A stretch of DNA of 64,000 bases from an uncultured Christensenella sp. (GCA_905193155.1 CAJJNQ010000002.1:12270-76269), one strand, 5' to 3'. Positions 24,804-37,263 are shown, counted from the first letter of the stretch. Numbers and translations: made by a program. The notes: generated by a model from the sequence alone, not told the origin.

Positions 24804-26810
24804 ATGTGTGAAAACTGTGCGGGCAAGCGCGGCAAGTTCTATGTCACCACGCCCATCTACTATCCCAGCGACAATCTGCACATCGGCCATGCTTACTGCA
24901 CGACAGCGACCGATACGCTGGCGCGCTTCAAGCGCCTGCAGGGATATGACACCTGGTTCCTGACCGGCCTGGATGAGCACGGCCAGAAGATCGAGCGCAA
25001 GGCCGAGGCCAAGGGCGTTTCTCCGCAGGAATACGTCGATAAGATCTGCGAGGACACCAAGGAACTGTGGAGAATCATGGATATTTCCTACGATGATTTC
25101 ATCCGCACGACCGAGCCGCGCCACACGAAGATTGTGCAGAAAATCTTTGAAAAGCTCTATCAGCAAGGCGATATCTACAAGGGTGAATACGAAGGCTGGT
25201 ACTGCACCCCCTGTGAGAGCTTCTGGACGGAGCATCAGCTGGTGGACGGCAAGTGCCCCGACTGCGGCCGCGCGGTGGAAAAGGCTCATGAGGAAAGCTA
25301 TTTCCTGCGCCTTTCCAAGTATGCGCCCCGCCTGATCGAATACATCAAGACGCACCCCGAGTTCATTCAGCCCGAGAGCCGTGCCAACGAGATGATCAAC
25401 AACTTCCTGCTGCCCGGCCTGGAGGATCTCTGCGTGTCCAGAACCTCCTTCAAGTGGGGCATCCCGGTTACGTTTGATCCCAAGCACGTCATTTACGTCT
25501 GGGTGGACGCGCTTTCCAACTACATCACCGCTCTGGGCTATCTTTCCGAGGACGACAGCAAGTTCAGAAAGTATTGGCCGGCGGACGTCCACATCGTGGG
25601 CAAGGAGATCGTCCGCTTTCACACCATCATCTGGCCCATCATCCTGATGGCGCTGGATCTGCCGCTGCCCAAGCAGGTCTTCGGCCATGGCTGGCTCGTC
25701 ATGGACGGGCAAAAGATGTCCAAGTCCATCGGCAACGTGGTGGACCCTGTTGTGCTGTGCGACCGCTACGGATCCGACGCGATCCGTTATTTCCTGCTGC
25801 GCGAGATGCCCTTCGGCGCGGACGGCAACTTCACCAATGAAGCGCTGCTCAACCGCATCAATTCCGACCTGGCCAACGACCTTGGCAATCTGTTGTCCAG
25901 AACGGTTGCGATGATCGAAAAGTATTACGGCGGCGCAGTGCCCGCCATGGGGCAGACCGAAGAGGTGGATAACAACCTCATTGCCCTGGCCGAAGCCCTT
26001 CCTGCAAAGGTGGACGACCTCATCACCCGCATGCAGTTCTCCACCGCGCTGACCGAGATCTGGAAGCTGGTGGGCGAGTGCAACCGCTACATCGACCTGA
26101 CGCAGCCTTGGGTGCTCGGCCGCAGCGAAGAGGGCAAGGAGCGCCTGAACACCGTGCTGTATGTGCTGGCGGAGTGCTGCCGCGAGGTGGCGGTGCTCAT
26201 CACGCCGTTCATGCCGCGCACGCCTGCCCGCATCTTTGAGCAGCTGGGCGTGACCGATCCCGCGCAGACCGGTTGGGATTCCGTGGCGAAGTTCGGCGGC
26301 CTGACCGCAGGCACGGTCGTGCACAAGGGGGCGGCGCTCTTCCCGCGCATTGACATCCCCAAGGAGATGGAGGCGCTGGCCGCGCTGAACCCTAAGAAGG
26401 ACGAAGCTTCCGCCGCTCAGCCGGAGCAGAAGGCAGAAAAGAAGCCCGAAGCACCCAAGGCAGAGGAGAAGGCGGACGAAGAACTGATCGACATCGATAC
26501 CTTCGCCAAGGTCAAGCTCAAGGTGGCCAAGGTGGTCGCGGCCGAGGCGGTCAAGAAATCCAATAAGCTGCTCAAGCTCACCGTCAAGTGCGGCGACGAG
26601 ACCCGCACCGTGGTCAGCGGCATTTCCACGCACTATTCGCCGGAGGACATGATCGGCAAGACCGTGGTGCTCGTGGCGAACCTGAAACCCGCCAAGCTCA
26701 AGGGTATCGTGTCGGAAGGCATGCTGCTGGCGGCTGCGGACGATGAAAAGGGCACGCTCCGCCTGCTGACCGTCGATGGCGACATCGCGGACGGCACCGA
26801 GATCGGCTAA
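24804..26810 (+). CDS. metG: Methionine--tRNA ligase with C-terminal tRNA-binding (Trbp111/EMAP-like) domain
   Basis: 668 aa with TTPIYYPSDNLHIGHAY (HIGH), KMSKSIGN (KMSKS), a zinc knuckle CTPCE..CPDCG, and a C-terminal LKVAKVVAAEAVKKSNKLLKLTVKCG OB fold. Confidence 0.97.
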   Translation: MCENCAGKRGKFYVTTPIYYPSDNLHIGHAYCTTATDTLARFKRLQGYDTWFLTGLDEHGQKIERKAEAKGVSPQEYVDKICEDTKELWRIMDISYDDFIRTTEPRHTKIVQKIFEKLYQQGDIYKGEYEGWYCTPCESFWTEHQLVDGKCPDCGRAVEKAHEESYFLRLSKYAPRLIEYIKTHPEFIQPESRANEMINNFLLPGLEDLCVSRTSFKWGIPVTFDPKHVIYVWVDALSNYITALGYLSEDDSKFRKYWPADVHIVGKEIVRFHTIIWPIILMALDLPLPKQVFGHGWLVMDGQKMSKSIGNVVDPVVLCDRYGSDAIRYFLLREMPFGADGNFTNEALLNRINSDLANDLGNLLSRTVAMIEKYYGGAVPAMGQTEEVDNNLIALAEALPAKVDDLITRMQFSTALTEIWKLVGECNRYIDLTQPWVLGRSEEGKERLNTVLYVLAECCREVAVLITPFMPRTPARIFEQLGVTDPAQTGWDSVAKFGGLTAGTVVHKGAALFPRIDIPKEMEALAALNPKKDEASAAQPEQKAEKKPEAPKAEEKADEELIDIDTFAKVKLKVAKVVAAEAVKKSNKLLKLTVKCGDETRTVVSGISTHYSPEDMIGKTVVLVANLKPAKLKGIVSEGMLLAAADDEKGTLRLLTVDGDIADGTEIG

Positions 26811-26823
26811 ATTGAAAAACGGC

Positions 26824-26857
26824 AAAAAGGCGTGTGCGAAGAGCGCACGCCTTTTTT
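26824..26857 (+). terminator. Hairpin and T run after metG
   Basis: aaaaaggcgtgtgc..gcgcacgcctttttt. Confidence 0.7.
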
Positions 26858-26875
26858 AAGAGAAGGGGCAAAGCA

Positions 26876-27649
26876 ATGTTTTTTGATACGCACGCGCATC
26901 TGGACGATGCGCGGTACGACGAGGATCGGGAAGCGGTCATCGCGAGCATGAAGGAGGAGGGCATCTCTCCCTGCATGACCGTCGGGGCCAATATGCGCAT
27001 GAATCGCATGGCGGTGCAACTGGCGCAGGCCCATCCCGGCTATCTTTACGCGGCGGTGGGCATCCATCCGAGCGATTCGGAAGAGTGCACCGACGAGGCG
27101 ATGGAGGAGATGAAGCGCCTGGCTGCGCTGCCCTGCGTCAAGGCATGGGGGGAAATCGGGCTGGATTACCATTGGGACGATGTGCCGCGGGATATTCAGA
27201 AGGAGGTTTTTCTGCGGCAGCTCGAAACGGCAAGGGAGCTGGATCTGCCTGTGATCCTGCACATCCGAGAGGCGCACGGCGACGCGCTGGAGTTGCTGCG
27301 CGCCCGCAAGGGGCGGCTGCCGCGCGGCGTGGTGCACTGCTATTCCGGCAGCTGGGAGAGCGCGCAGGAATACATGGCGTTGGGCTTCCACATTTCGTTT
27401 ACGGGATCGGTGACGTTCAAGAATGCGGTGAAGCTGGCGGAGGTCTCCGACAAAATCCCGCTGGATCGGCTGATGATCGAGACGGACAGTCCCTATATGA
27501 CGCCGACTCCGCTACGCGGTCAGCGCAACGATCCGTGCAAGGTGAAATTGGTGGCGCAGTTTTTGGCTGACCGTCGGGGAATGCCTGTGGAGGAGCTGGC
27601 TCGCATCACCAGGGAAAACGGAATGCGGTTCTTCCGCATTGAAGAATAA
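26876..27649 (+). CDS. tatD: TatD-family metal-dependent DNase/hydrolase
   Basis: MFFDTHAHLDD, GEIGLDYHW, ILHIREAH, VVHCYSG and ETDSPYM motifs. Confidence 0.9.
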   Translation: MFFDTHAHLDDARYDEDREAVIASMKEEGISPCMTVGANMRMNRMAVQLAQAHPGYLYAAVGIHPSDSEECTDEAMEEMKRLAALPCVKAWGEIGLDYHWDDVPRDIQKEVFLRQLETARELDLPVILHIREAHGDALELLRARKGRLPRGVVHCYSGSWESAQEYMALGFHISFTGSVTFKNAVKLAEVSDKIPLDRLMIETDSPYMTPTPLRGQRNDPCKVKLVAQFLADRRGMPVEELARITRENGMRFFRIEE

Positions 27650-27692
27650 AAGGACTCGCCGCGTATCGGCAGAGCGGGCCCTGAACACCGTT

Positions 27693-27729
27693 CAGCCTCC
27701 GTATGCTATCGTCATACGGAGGCTGATTT
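27693..27729. terminator. Bidirectional hairpin between tatD and the GNAT gene
   Basis: Perfect 13-bp stem cagcctccgtatg / catacggaggctg with a 7-nt loop. Confidence 0.75.
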
Positions 27730-27733
27730 CACT

Positions 27734-28195
27734 CTATATCGGTTTAATTGTGTGTTGAGGTGGTTTGCCGAGCACAGGATAATGCGTATACGCAGGTTTG
27801 GATGGAGAGCAGACGTTTGCCGGACACACGTTCATCTTTTTGCAGGAGACGAACGCTCTGCCTACATCGTTAGAAGGGTGACCAAAGATGACGATGCGCT
27901 GATGCCCCATCTTATGAGCCTTTTCAAACGTCGTCTCGATTAAAGCACGACCGATTCTGCGACGCTGAAAATCGGGATGCACGGCGATAGGGCTGAAGGA
28001 CAGACAGTCGCACTCAGAACCATCTTCCGCAATCGGTTTGACTTTTGTGTAGAGGATGCTTCCTATGATCTTCCGGCCAATTTCAGCGATGCAGTCAGGC
28101 TCCGGAACAAAATCCGGGAGGCTGCGCATTCGGTATGCCGGAAGGTACTCCGTCACACCTGGAACATACAGGTTCCGAAAGGCGTCGCGGATCAT
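27734..28195 (-). CDS. GNAT-family N-acetyltransferase, possibly degraded (no canonical start for its N-terminal coding extension, atypical C-terminus)
   Basis: GNAT core SFSPIAVHPDFQRRRIGRALIETTFEKAHKMGHQRIVIFGHPS. The frame stays open and GNAT-like (IPILLRRERPEDIPATDA) for about 25 codons upstream of the first Met with no ATG/GTG/TTG. Confidence 0.5.
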   Translation of the reverse strand: MIRDAFRNLYVPGVTEYLPAYRMRSLPDFVPEPDCIAEIGRKIIGSILYTKVKPIAEDGSECDCLSFSPIAVHPDFQRRRIGRALIETTFEKAHKMGHQRIVIFGHPSNDVGRAFVSCKKMNVCPANVCSPSKPAYTHYPVLGKPPQHTIKPI

Positions 28196-28280
28196 TGCAT
28201 CTGTGGCGGGAATATCTTCGGGACGTTCTCTTCGGAGCAGGATCGGAATCTCTTCTGTTTGCGGGAAAAGAGGACCGGGT

Positions 28281-29306
28281 TTACAGCAGCAGCGTCGCGT
28301 CGCCGAAGGAGAAGAAGCGGTATTTCTCCTGCACGGCGATGTTGTACATCCGCAGCGCTTCCTCCCGGCCGATGAAGGCGGAAACGAGCATCAGGAGCGT
28401 AGATTCGGGCAGATGGAAGTTGGTGATGAGCGCATCGACCGCCTTATAGGTGTAGCCGGGCATGATGAAGATCTGCGTCCAGCCGCTGCCGGGATGCACC
28501 ATGCCGTCCGGCGTGGAGACGGTTTCCAGCGTGCGCACCGAGGTCGTGCCTACGCAGACAATGCGCCCGCCGTTTTGGCGCGCCTTGTTGATGCGTGCGG
28601 CGGCCTCTTCCGTCACCATGTAGTATTCGCTGTGCATATGGTGCTCTTCAACGTTTTCTTCCTTTACGGGGCGGAAGGTGCCCAAACCGACGTGCAGCAG
28701 CACCGGCACGATGTCCACACCCTTTTGCCGGATGCGGTCCATCAGTTCCGGCGTGAAGTGCAGACCGGCTGTCGGCGCGGCGGCGGAACCCTCTTCCTTA
28801 GCATAGACCGTCTGATAGCGGTTTTTGTCTTCCAGCCGTTCGGTGATGTAGGGCGGCAGGGGCATCTGACCCAATTCATCCAGCAGCTCTTCAAACACGC
28901 CGTCGTAGAGAAAGCGCACGATGCGCCCGCCGTCCTCGCAGTTGCCCTCGACCACGGCGCGCAGCTGTCCGTCGCCAAAGGAAAAGGTCACGCCGGTCTT
29001 GGCGCGCTTGCCGGGCTTGACCAGCGTTTCCCAGCGGTCTTTATCCAGCCGTTTGAGCAGCAGAAACTCCATTGCGCCGCCGGTATCCTCGCGCTGGCCG
29101 ATCAGCCGCGCAGGCAGCACGCGGGTTTCGTTGACCACAAGCACGTCGTTGGGATTCAGATAGTCGATGACGTCGCGGAACACCTTGTGCTCGATCGCGC
29201 CGTCGTCCCGGTGATAAACCAGCAGGCGGGAAAGGTCGCGAACCGGCGCGGGGGTCTGCGCGATCAGTTCTTTGGGCAGGTCATAGTAAAAATCGCTCTT
29301 ATTCAA
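28281..29306 (-). CDS. queA: S-adenosylmethionine:tRNA ribosyltransferase-isomerase
   Basis: 341 aa with [33 protein letters not shown] and [10 protein letters not shown] signatures. Confidence 0.95.
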   Translation of the reverse strand: MNKSDFYYDLPKELIAQTPAPVRDLSRLLVYHRDDGAIEHKVFRDVIDYLNPNDVLVVNETRVLPARLIGQREDTGGAMEFLLLKRLDKDRWETLVKPGKRAKTGVTFSFGDGQLRAVVEGNCEDGGRIVRFLYDGVFEELLDELGQMPLPPYITERLEDKNRYQTVYAKEEGSAAAPTAGLHFTPELMDRIRQKGVDIVPVLLHVGLGTFRPVKEENVEEHHMHSEYYMVTEEAAARINKARQNGGRIVCVGTTSVRTLETVSTPDGMVHPGSGWTQIFIMPGYTYKAVDALITNFHLPESTLLMLVSAFIGREEALRMYNIAVQEKYRFFSFGDATLLL

Positions 29307-30364
29307 TGATGGTCATCCTCTTCTTCTTCGGTTTCAAAGCGCAGCTGCTGCGCAAGCGCCGACGCGGCGGGCATCGGGCAGCCCATGTGCTCATAGGCCA
29401 GTGGTGTCAGCACGCGCCCGCGGGGGGTGCGCATCAAAAAGCCTAGCTGCAAAAGATAGGGCTCGTAAACATCTTCAATGGTGCCGGAATCCTCGCCCGT
29501 GGAAGCGGCCAATGTATCCAGCCCCACCGGACCGCCGCTGAATTTGCCGATCATGGCGTTCAGGATCATGCGGTCGATGTGGTCAAGACCCAGGTTGTCC
29601 ACATGGAGCATATCCAACCCTTCACGCGCGGCATCCAGCGTGATGCGGCCCTCCGCACGGACAACGGCATAGTCGCGCACGCGCTTGAGCAGACGGTTGG
29701 CGATGCGCGGCGTGCCTCTGGAACGTCGTGCGATTTCCAATGCGCCCTCCGGGTCGATCTCGATCTTCAGGATGCGCGCCGAGCGCTCCACGATTACGGC
29801 AAGCTCTTCCGGCTTGTAAAGCTCCAAGCGGAACGTAATGCCGAAGCGGTCGCGCAGCGGGTTGGTGAGCATGCCTGCGCGGGTGGTCGCACCAATGAGC
29901 GTAAAGTGCGGCAGATCCATGCGGATGGAGCGCGCGGAGGGGCCTTTGCCGATCATGATATCCAACGCGTAATCCTCCATCGCCGGGTAGAGCACCTCTT
30001 CCACAGCGCGGCTCAGGCGGTGGATTTCATCCACAAACAGGATGTCGCCCGTGTTCAGCCCCGTCAGAATCGATGCAAGGTCGCCCGGCCGCTCGATAGC
30101 GGGGCCGGAGGTGACGCGCAGCTGCGCGCCCATTTCCGCCGCGACAATGCCGGCCAGCGTGGTCTTTCCCAAACCGGGCGGGCCGTAGAGCAGCATATGG
30201 TCCAGCGGCTCGTGCCGCAGGTTTGCCGCCTGCATATAGATGGACAGCGAGTCCTTGATGGGCTGCTGGCCGAAATATTCCGTCAGCGACCGGGGGCGCA
30301 GCGAGGTTTCCATTTCGTCCTCAAAGGGGTTGTACCCCCCGCCGGTCATTCTGTCCTGACTCAT
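29303..30364 (-). CDS. ruvB: Holliday junction branch migration DNA helicase RuvB
   Basis: Walker [10 protein letters not shown], Walker [10 protein letters not shown], and the [10 protein letters not shown] winged-helix region. Overlaps the queA start. Confidence 0.97.
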   Translation of the reverse strand: MSQDRMTGGGYNPFEDEMETSLRPRSLTEYFGQQPIKDSLSIYMQAANLRHEPLDHMLLYGPPGLGKTTLAGIVAAEMGAQLRVTSGPAIERPGDLASILTGLNTGDILFVDEIHRLSRAVEEVLYPAMEDYALDIMIGKGPSARSIRMDLPHFTLIGATTRAGMLTNPLRDRFGITFRLELYKPEELAVIVERSARILKIEIDPEGALEIARRSRGTPRIANRLLKRVRDYAVVRAEGRITLDAAREGLDMLHVDNLGLDHIDRMILNAMIGKFSGGPVGLDTLAASTGEDSGTIEDVYEPYLLQLGFLMRTPRGRVLTPLAYEHMGCPMPAASALAQQLRFETEEEEDDHH

Positions 30365-30383
30365 AAACTCTGCGCTCCTTTCA

Positions 30384-30995
30384 TTATGCCTGATTCATCG
30401 CCCGAAGCGACAGACGGATCAGTTCTTCTGCCGTGTCGGCCTGCCCCTTGACGCGCGCCAAAGCCCCGGCGGCCTCGCCTTGCGAATAGCCCAGCGCTTC
30501 CAACGCTTCCAGTGCGTCGCGCTCGGCGTTGCTGGCGGCGGGGAGTACGGGGGCGGCTCCCTTGGCGGGGGCTTCATAACCGCCGCCGATCAGTTCGTCC
30601 GTACTGATTTTATCCTTGAGCTCCAGTATCAAACGCTGTGCGGTCTTGGGGCCGATGCCGGGGGCGGACTTGATCGCCTTGACATCGCCCGTGACGACGG
30701 CCAGCGCCAGCTGCCGCACCGGCAGCGCGCCCAGCACGCCCAGCGCCGTCTTGGGGCCGACGCCCGAAACCGCCGTTAAGCGGTCGAACATCTCCCGCTC
30801 TTCCTTGGCCAGGAAGCCGAAGATGTCCATCCCGTTTTCCTTGAAAACCACGCGGGTGTAGATGCGGCAACGGTCGCTGTCCGCCTGCGAGATGGTCTGG
30901 GGAGATGCGTAAACCAGAAAGCCCACGCCGCCGACGTCCACTGTCATGCAGTCCAGATCACGTTCCGTGACGCGCCCTTCCAAATATGAAAACAT
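30384..30995 (-). CDS. ruvA: Holliday junction DNA-binding protein RuvA
   Basis: MFSYLEGRV.., HhH motifs [13 protein letters not shown] and [16 protein letters not shown]. Confidence 0.95.
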   Translation of the reverse strand: MFSYLEGRVTERDLDCMTVDVGGVGFLVYASPQTISQADSDRCRIYTRVVFKENGMDIFGFLAKEEREMFDRLTAVSGVGPKTALGVLGALPVRQLALAVVTGDVKAIKSAPGIGPKTAQRLILELKDKISTDELIGGGYEAPAKGAAPVLPAASNAERDALEALEALGYSQGEAAGALARVKGQADTAEELIRLSLRAMNQA

Positions 30996-31009
30996 AAGCT
31001 TTTCCTCCG

Positions 31010-31501
31010 TCAGATTCGGTAGTTCTGCCGCATCCTGAGGGAATGGGCGTGGGTGATGGCGGCGGCAAGGCCGTCCGCCGCGTCGTCCGGGCGGGGAATT
31101 TCATCGAGGCCGAGCAGCATCTTGACCATCTGCTGCACCTGCTTTTTGTCCGCTTTGCCGTAGCCCGTGACGGCCAGCTTGATCTGCATGGGTGTATATT
31201 CGTAGAGATTATTCGTATATTTACGCATGGCCACCATGGCGGCTCCGCGCGCCTGACCGACCGCGATGGCGGTGGTGACGTTCTTGCAGAAGAACAACTC
31301 TTCCATTGCAATGTCATCCGGCGAAAAGCGCTCGCAAAGTTCGGAAACCCCGTCAAACAGGCTTACAAGCCGCAGCGGCAGCGCCATATCCGGCGGGGTG
31401 ATGAGTGCGCCGTAGTCCAATATGCGCGGCTTTACGCCGTCAAAACTGATCGCACCCCAGCCCATTGTGGCAAGGCCAGGGTCGATACCGAGAATCGTCA
31501 T
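31010..31501 (-). CDS. ruvC: Crossover junction endodeoxyribonuclease RuvC
   Basis: ILGIDPGLATMGWG, AMEELFF and GYGKADKKQV motifs. Confidence 0.95.
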   Translation of the reverse strand: MTILGIDPGLATMGWGAISFDGVKPRILDYGALITPPDMALPLRLVSLFDGVSELCERFSPDDIAMEELFFCKNVTTAIAVGQARGAAMVAMRKYTNNLYEYTPMQIKLAVTGYGKADKKQVQQMVKMLLGLDEIPRPDDAADGLAAAITHAHSLRMRQNYRI

Positions 31502-31545
31502 GATGGATTTCCTTTCCTATAACCTGGTTTTAACACAGAAAACAC

Positions 31546-31581
31546 TTGCATTTTTATGCACAAAAATGTATACTCAATGCA
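31546..31581 (+). promoter_or_regulatory. argG promoter overlapped by candidate ARG boxes (ArgR/AhrC operator)
   Basis: TTGCAT-17 nt-TATACT. The palindrome TGCAT-TTTT-ATGCA (31547-31560) matches the ARG-box core TGAAT-W4-ATTCA at 13 of 16 defined positions of the 18-mer. A weaker second box lies about 20 bp downstream. Confidence 0.5.
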
Positions 31582-31638
31582 CATCAAGCAAGAGACGCCG
31601 ACGGGGCGCTCTCCTGAATAAGGAAGGTCGTGTGCATT

Positions 31639-32856
31639 ATGTCTGAAAAGAAAAAAGTCATCCTCGCCTACTCCGGCGGACTGGATACCTCCATCATCAT
31701 CCCGTGGCTGAAGGAAAACTATGATTTCGAAGTCATCGCCGTCGCGGCGGACGTCGGCCAGGGCGAGGAGCTGGAACCCCTCAAGGAGAAGGCCATCAAG
31801 ACCGGCGCATCCAAGATCTATATTGAAGACCTGCGCGAGGAATTTGTCAAGGACTTCGTCTTCCCCACTATTAAAGCACAAGCGGTTTACGAAGGCAAGT
31901 ATTTGCTGGGCACTTCCTTTGCGCGCCCCGTCATTGCCAAGCGACTGGTTGAAATCGCCCGCAAGGAGGGCGCGACGGCGATCTGCCACGGCTGCACCGG
32001 CAAGGGCAACGACCAGGTTCGCTTCGAACTGACCATCAAGGCGCTGGCGCCCGACCTGGAAATCATCGCCCCCTGGCGCATCTGGGGCATCAAGAGCCGC
32101 GATGAAGAGATTGACTACGCCAATGCCCGCGGCATCGATGTGCCCGTCACCAAGAAGCGCCCGTATTCCATGGACCGCAACCTCTGGCACCTCTCTCACG
32201 AGGGCCACGATCTGGAAGATCCGTGGAACGCGCCGCAGGATGATCTCTACCTGATCTGCAACACGCCCGAACAGGCTCCCAATGAGGCAGAATACGTCGA
32301 CATCGAATGGGAAAAGGGCGAACCCGTAGCCGTCAACGGCGAAAAGCTCGGCCCGGTGGAGCTGATTGAAAAGCTCAACGCGCTGGGCGCCAAGCATGGC
32401 GTGGGCATCGCGGACATGGTGGAGAACCGTCTGGTCGGCATGAAGAGCCGCGGCGTTTACGAAACCCCCGCCGGCACCATTCTCTATGCCGCGCACATGA
32501 ACCTCGAAGAGCTGTGCCTTGACCGCGATACCCGTCACTTCAAGGACGCTGCTGCCATCCGCTTTGCGGAGCTGGTCTACTTCGGCCAGTGGTATACGCC
32601 CCTGCGCAAGGCGCTTTCCGCCTTTGTCGATTCCACGCAGGAGACCATGACCGGCACCACCCGCGTCAAGCTCTACAAGGGCAGCTGCACGCCCGCAGGC
32701 ACCAAGTCTCCCTATTCCCTGTATTCGATGGACTTCGCCACCTTCGATGCGGACGACGTCTACAACCAGAAGGATGCGGGCGGCTTCATCAACTGCTTCG
32801 GCCTGCCGATGAAGATCCGCGCCATGCTGCTCAAGGACGGCGAAAAGTTCGAATAA
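31639..32856 (+). CDS. argG: Argininosuccinate synthase
   Basis: AYSGGLDTS (N-type ATP-PPase), [13 protein letters not shown] and [16 protein letters not shown] motifs. I preferred the ATG at 31639 (RBS AGGAAGG) over the GTG at 31630. Confidence 0.97.
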   Translation: MSEKKKVILAYSGGLDTSIIIPWLKENYDFEVIAVAADVGQGEELEPLKEKAIKTGASKIYIEDLREEFVKDFVFPTIKAQAVYEGKYLLGTSFARPVIAKRLVEIARKEGATAICHGCTGKGNDQVRFELTIKALAPDLEIIAPWRIWGIKSRDEEIDYANARGIDVPVTKKRPYSMDRNLWHLSHEGHDLEDPWNAPQDDLYLICNTPEQAPNEAEYVDIEWEKGEPVAVNGEKLGPVELIEKLNALGAKHGVGIADMVENRLVGMKSRGVYETPAGTILYAAHMNLEELCLDRDTRHFKDAAAIRFAELVYFGQWYTPLRKALSAFVDSTQETMTGTTRVKLYKGSCTPAGTKSPYSLYSMDFATFDADDVYNQKDAGGFINCFGLPMKIRAMLLKDGEKFE

Positions 32857-32880
32857 ACCTTTTTATCCAGACAAAATGTG

Positions 32881-32916
32881 CAGGAGCGGGCGGAACACCA
32901 ATCGCTCCTGTTTTTT
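32881..32916 (+). terminator. Hairpin and T6 run between argG and argH (partial terminator)
   Basis: caggagcg-(14 nt)-cgctcctg followed by tttttt. Confidence 0.6.
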
Positions 32917-32956
32917 CATCTCAATCTTGACAGTGTGATTTTGCGGAGGAACGATC

Positions 32957-34333
32957 ATGAAGCTTTGGGGCGGACGCTTTGAAAAGTCTACCAATGAAGT
33001 GGTGGACGATTTCCACTCGTCGATCACCTTTGACCAGCGGCTCTACCGGCAGGATATCGAAGGATCGATCGCCCATGCCACGATGCTGGGCGAGCAGGGC
33101 ATCATTCAGAAGGAGGATGCCGACGCTATCGTACAGGGCCTGAAGGATATCTTGGCCGACATTGAGGCGGGCAAGGTGGAATTTGCGTTGGACGCGGAGG
33201 ACATCCACATGAACGTGGAAACCCTGCTCATCGAGCGCATCGGTCAGGCGGGCAAGCGCCTGCACACCGGCAGAAGCCGCAACGATCAGGTGGCGCTCGA
33301 CTGCCGGATGTATGTCAAGGATGCGGCGAAGGAAGCGATTGAGAAGCTGAAAAGCCTGATGAGCGCGTTGCTTGACACCGCGCAGCAGCACACCTTGACC
33401 ATCATGCCCGGATACACGCATATGCAGAAGGCGCAGCCCATCACGCTGGCGCATCACCTCTGCGCCTATGCAGAGATGTTCCGGCGCGATATTCTGCGCT
33501 TTGAGGCGGCCTATGACGCGGCAGACGTGATGCCGCTGGGCTCCGGTGCGCTGGCGGGCACAACCTATCCGCTCAACCGCGCGCGTGTGGCCGAGCTGCT
33601 CGGCTTTTCGGAAATCACCCGCAACTCGCTGGACGGCGTATCCGACCGCGACTTTGTGCTGGACTACCTCTACGCATGCAGCGTGATGATGATGCACCTG
33701 TCGCGCTTCTGCGAGGAAATCATCCTCTGGAATACCAATGAATTCCGCTTTGTCGAGATCGACGACGGCTATGCCACCGGTTCGTCCATCATGCCGCAGA
33801 AGAAAAATCCCGACATGGCGGAGCTGACCCGCGGCAAGACCGGCAGAGTCTACGGCGATTTGGTGACGCTGCTGACCGTGATGAAGGGCCTGCCGTTGGC
33901 CTATAATAAGGATATGCAGGAGGACAAGGAGGCGTTGTTTGACGCGCAGGATACGCTGGTCAAGTGCCTGGATGTGTTTACCGGCATGTTCAAAACGCTC
34001 AAGTTCCGCAAAGACGTAATGCACGCGGGCGCGGGTGGCGGCTTTGCCAACGCGACCGATGCGGCGGATTATCTCGTCAAAAAGGGTTTGCCCTTCCGCG
34101 AGGCGCACGAGGTGCTGGGCAGGCTCGTACTGCACTGTATCAAGGAAAATAAGGCGCTGCTCGATCTGCCGCTTGCGGAACTCAAGGAATTCTCGCCCCT
34201 GTTTGAGCAGGATGTTTACGACGCGATTTCGCTGGAAACCTGCGTCCGCCAGCGCAACGTGCCCGGCGGTCCCGCCCCGGCCATGGTCGAAAATACGATC
34301 CGGGACAACCGCGATTTTCTCGCCGCACACTGA
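32957..34333 (+). CDS. argH: Argininosuccinate lyase
   Basis: MKLWGGRF.., TGRSRNDQV, GYTHMQKAQP, and the GSSIMPQKKNPD fumarate-lyase signature. Confidence 0.97.
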   Translation: MKLWGGRFEKSTNEVVDDFHSSITFDQRLYRQDIEGSIAHATMLGEQGIIQKEDADAIVQGLKDILADIEAGKVEFALDAEDIHMNVETLLIERIGQAGKRLHTGRSRNDQVALDCRMYVKDAAKEAIEKLKSLMSALLDTAQQHTLTIMPGYTHMQKAQPITLAHHLCAYAEMFRRDILRFEAAYDAADVMPLGSGALAGTTYPLNRARVAELLGFSEITRNSLDGVSDRDFVLDYLYACSVMMMHLSRFCEEIILWNTNEFRFVEIDDGYATGSSIMPQKKNPDMAELTRGKTGRVYGDLVTLLTVMKGLPLAYNKDMQEDKEALFDAQDTLVKCLDVFTGMFKTLKFRKDVMHAGAGGGFANATDAADYLVKKGLPFREAHEVLGRLVLHCIKENKALLDLPLAELKEFSPLFEQDVYDAISLETCVRQRNVPGGPAPAMVENTIRDNRDFLAAH

Positions 34334-34398
34334 AAAAAAGGCATAGCTAAAAGCCGTTCCCACAGAAAAAACTCTGCGGGAGCGGCTTTCTCCTATGC

Positions 34399-36335
<1,937 letters not shown>

Positions 36336-36402
36336 CGTCTGCTTGTGAAGGCGGCAGTGGTTTGGTATAATAATACGAAATAACAACGGAGGTGTCCTCA
36401 TC

Positions 36403-36708
36403 ATGCCCGAAAACGTAGCAGCGATTCTCGTGCAGATCGTACCGCTTGTCCTGATCTTCGTCATTTTCTACTTTGTCCTGATCCGCCCGCAGCGCAAGAA
36501 GGACAAGGAAGTTAAGAACATGCTCGCCAACCTCAAGGTCGGCGACCGCATCACCACCATCGGCGGCTTCTATGCCACCATCGCGGCCATCAAGGACGAC
36601 GTCATCACCATCTCCTTCGGCCCCGACAGCACCAAGGCCATGATCGCCCGCTGGGCGGTTCGCTCTCTGGAAAACACTCCGGAGGATGCACAGAACGACC
36701 TGATCTAA
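36403..36708 (+). CDS. yajC: Preprotein translocase subunit YajC
   Basis: Single TM followed by IRPQRKKDKE..L.VGD.I.T.GG, the typical YajC pattern. Confidence 0.9.
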   Translation: MPENVAAILVQIVPLVLIFVIFYFVLIRPQRKKDKEVKNMLANLKVGDRITTIGGFYATIAAIKDDVITISFGPDSTKAMIARWAVRSLENTPEDAQNDLI

Positions 36709-36721
36709 GACAATATGCAAA

Positions 36722-36757
36722 AACCGCTCGGAAGTACGACCTCCGGGCGGCTTTTTT
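36722..36757 (+). terminator. Rho-independent terminator after yajC
   Basis: ccgctcggaag..ctccgggcgg followed by cttttttg. Confidence 0.7.
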
Positions 36758-36830
36758 GCGTCTTGAACGGGACATGATGCGCGGCCCTTCCGCATACAGG
36801 TGAAGCGAGGAAAGGAAGGGAGCGGTGGAG

Positions 36831-37235
36831 ATGGGCGCAAAGACGAATGCGGGCGGGAGAAGATCGGCAGGGGTCAGCGTGATTCGGGGAATCCTGATTG
36901 CAGCGGCGACATCGGTTGTATTGGTGCTGCTGTTTGCCTGCGCGGTGCTGTTGTTTGATTTGGGAGCGGAGGTGATCACGCCGGTCAATCAGGTGCTGAA
37001 GGTGGCGTCGGTGCTGGCGGGAACGCTGGCCGCAGCGCAGGGGGAGATTCGCCTCTGGTGCGCAGGACTGATCGTCGGCGGCGGATACATGGCGCTGGGG
37101 ATCGCACTCTATTGTGCCTTTGAAGGAACACTGCTGCCGATTTCCGTGATCGCGGGAGATCTTGCGCTGGGATTGATTTCCGGTTTTCTGTCCGGACTGC
37201 TCGCCTCGACGATGAAAAGCGTCCGCACATCGTAA
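36831..37235 (+). CDS. Small four-TM integral membrane protein (hypothetical; the kind often found beside SCIFF loci)
   Basis: 134 aa with four hydrophobic segments. ATG at 36831, 8 nt after GGAAGGGAG. I am not confident of any family. Confidence 0.6.
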   Translation: MGAKTNAGGRRSAGVSVIRGILIAAATSVVLVLLFACAVLLFDLGAEVITPVNQVLKVASVLAGTLAAAQGEIRLWCAGLIVGGGYMALGIALYCAFEGTLLPISVIAGDLALGLISGFLSGLLASTMKSVRTS

Positions 37236-37263
37236 ATAATTCGGCAAAACCCGGCTCTTCGGC

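Noticed and set aside
24798-26825. A 675-aa minus-strand ORF.
   Set aside because: It is a full-length antisense shadow of metG (HIGH/KMSKS-containing, T-box-controlled), with no motifs and no RBS.
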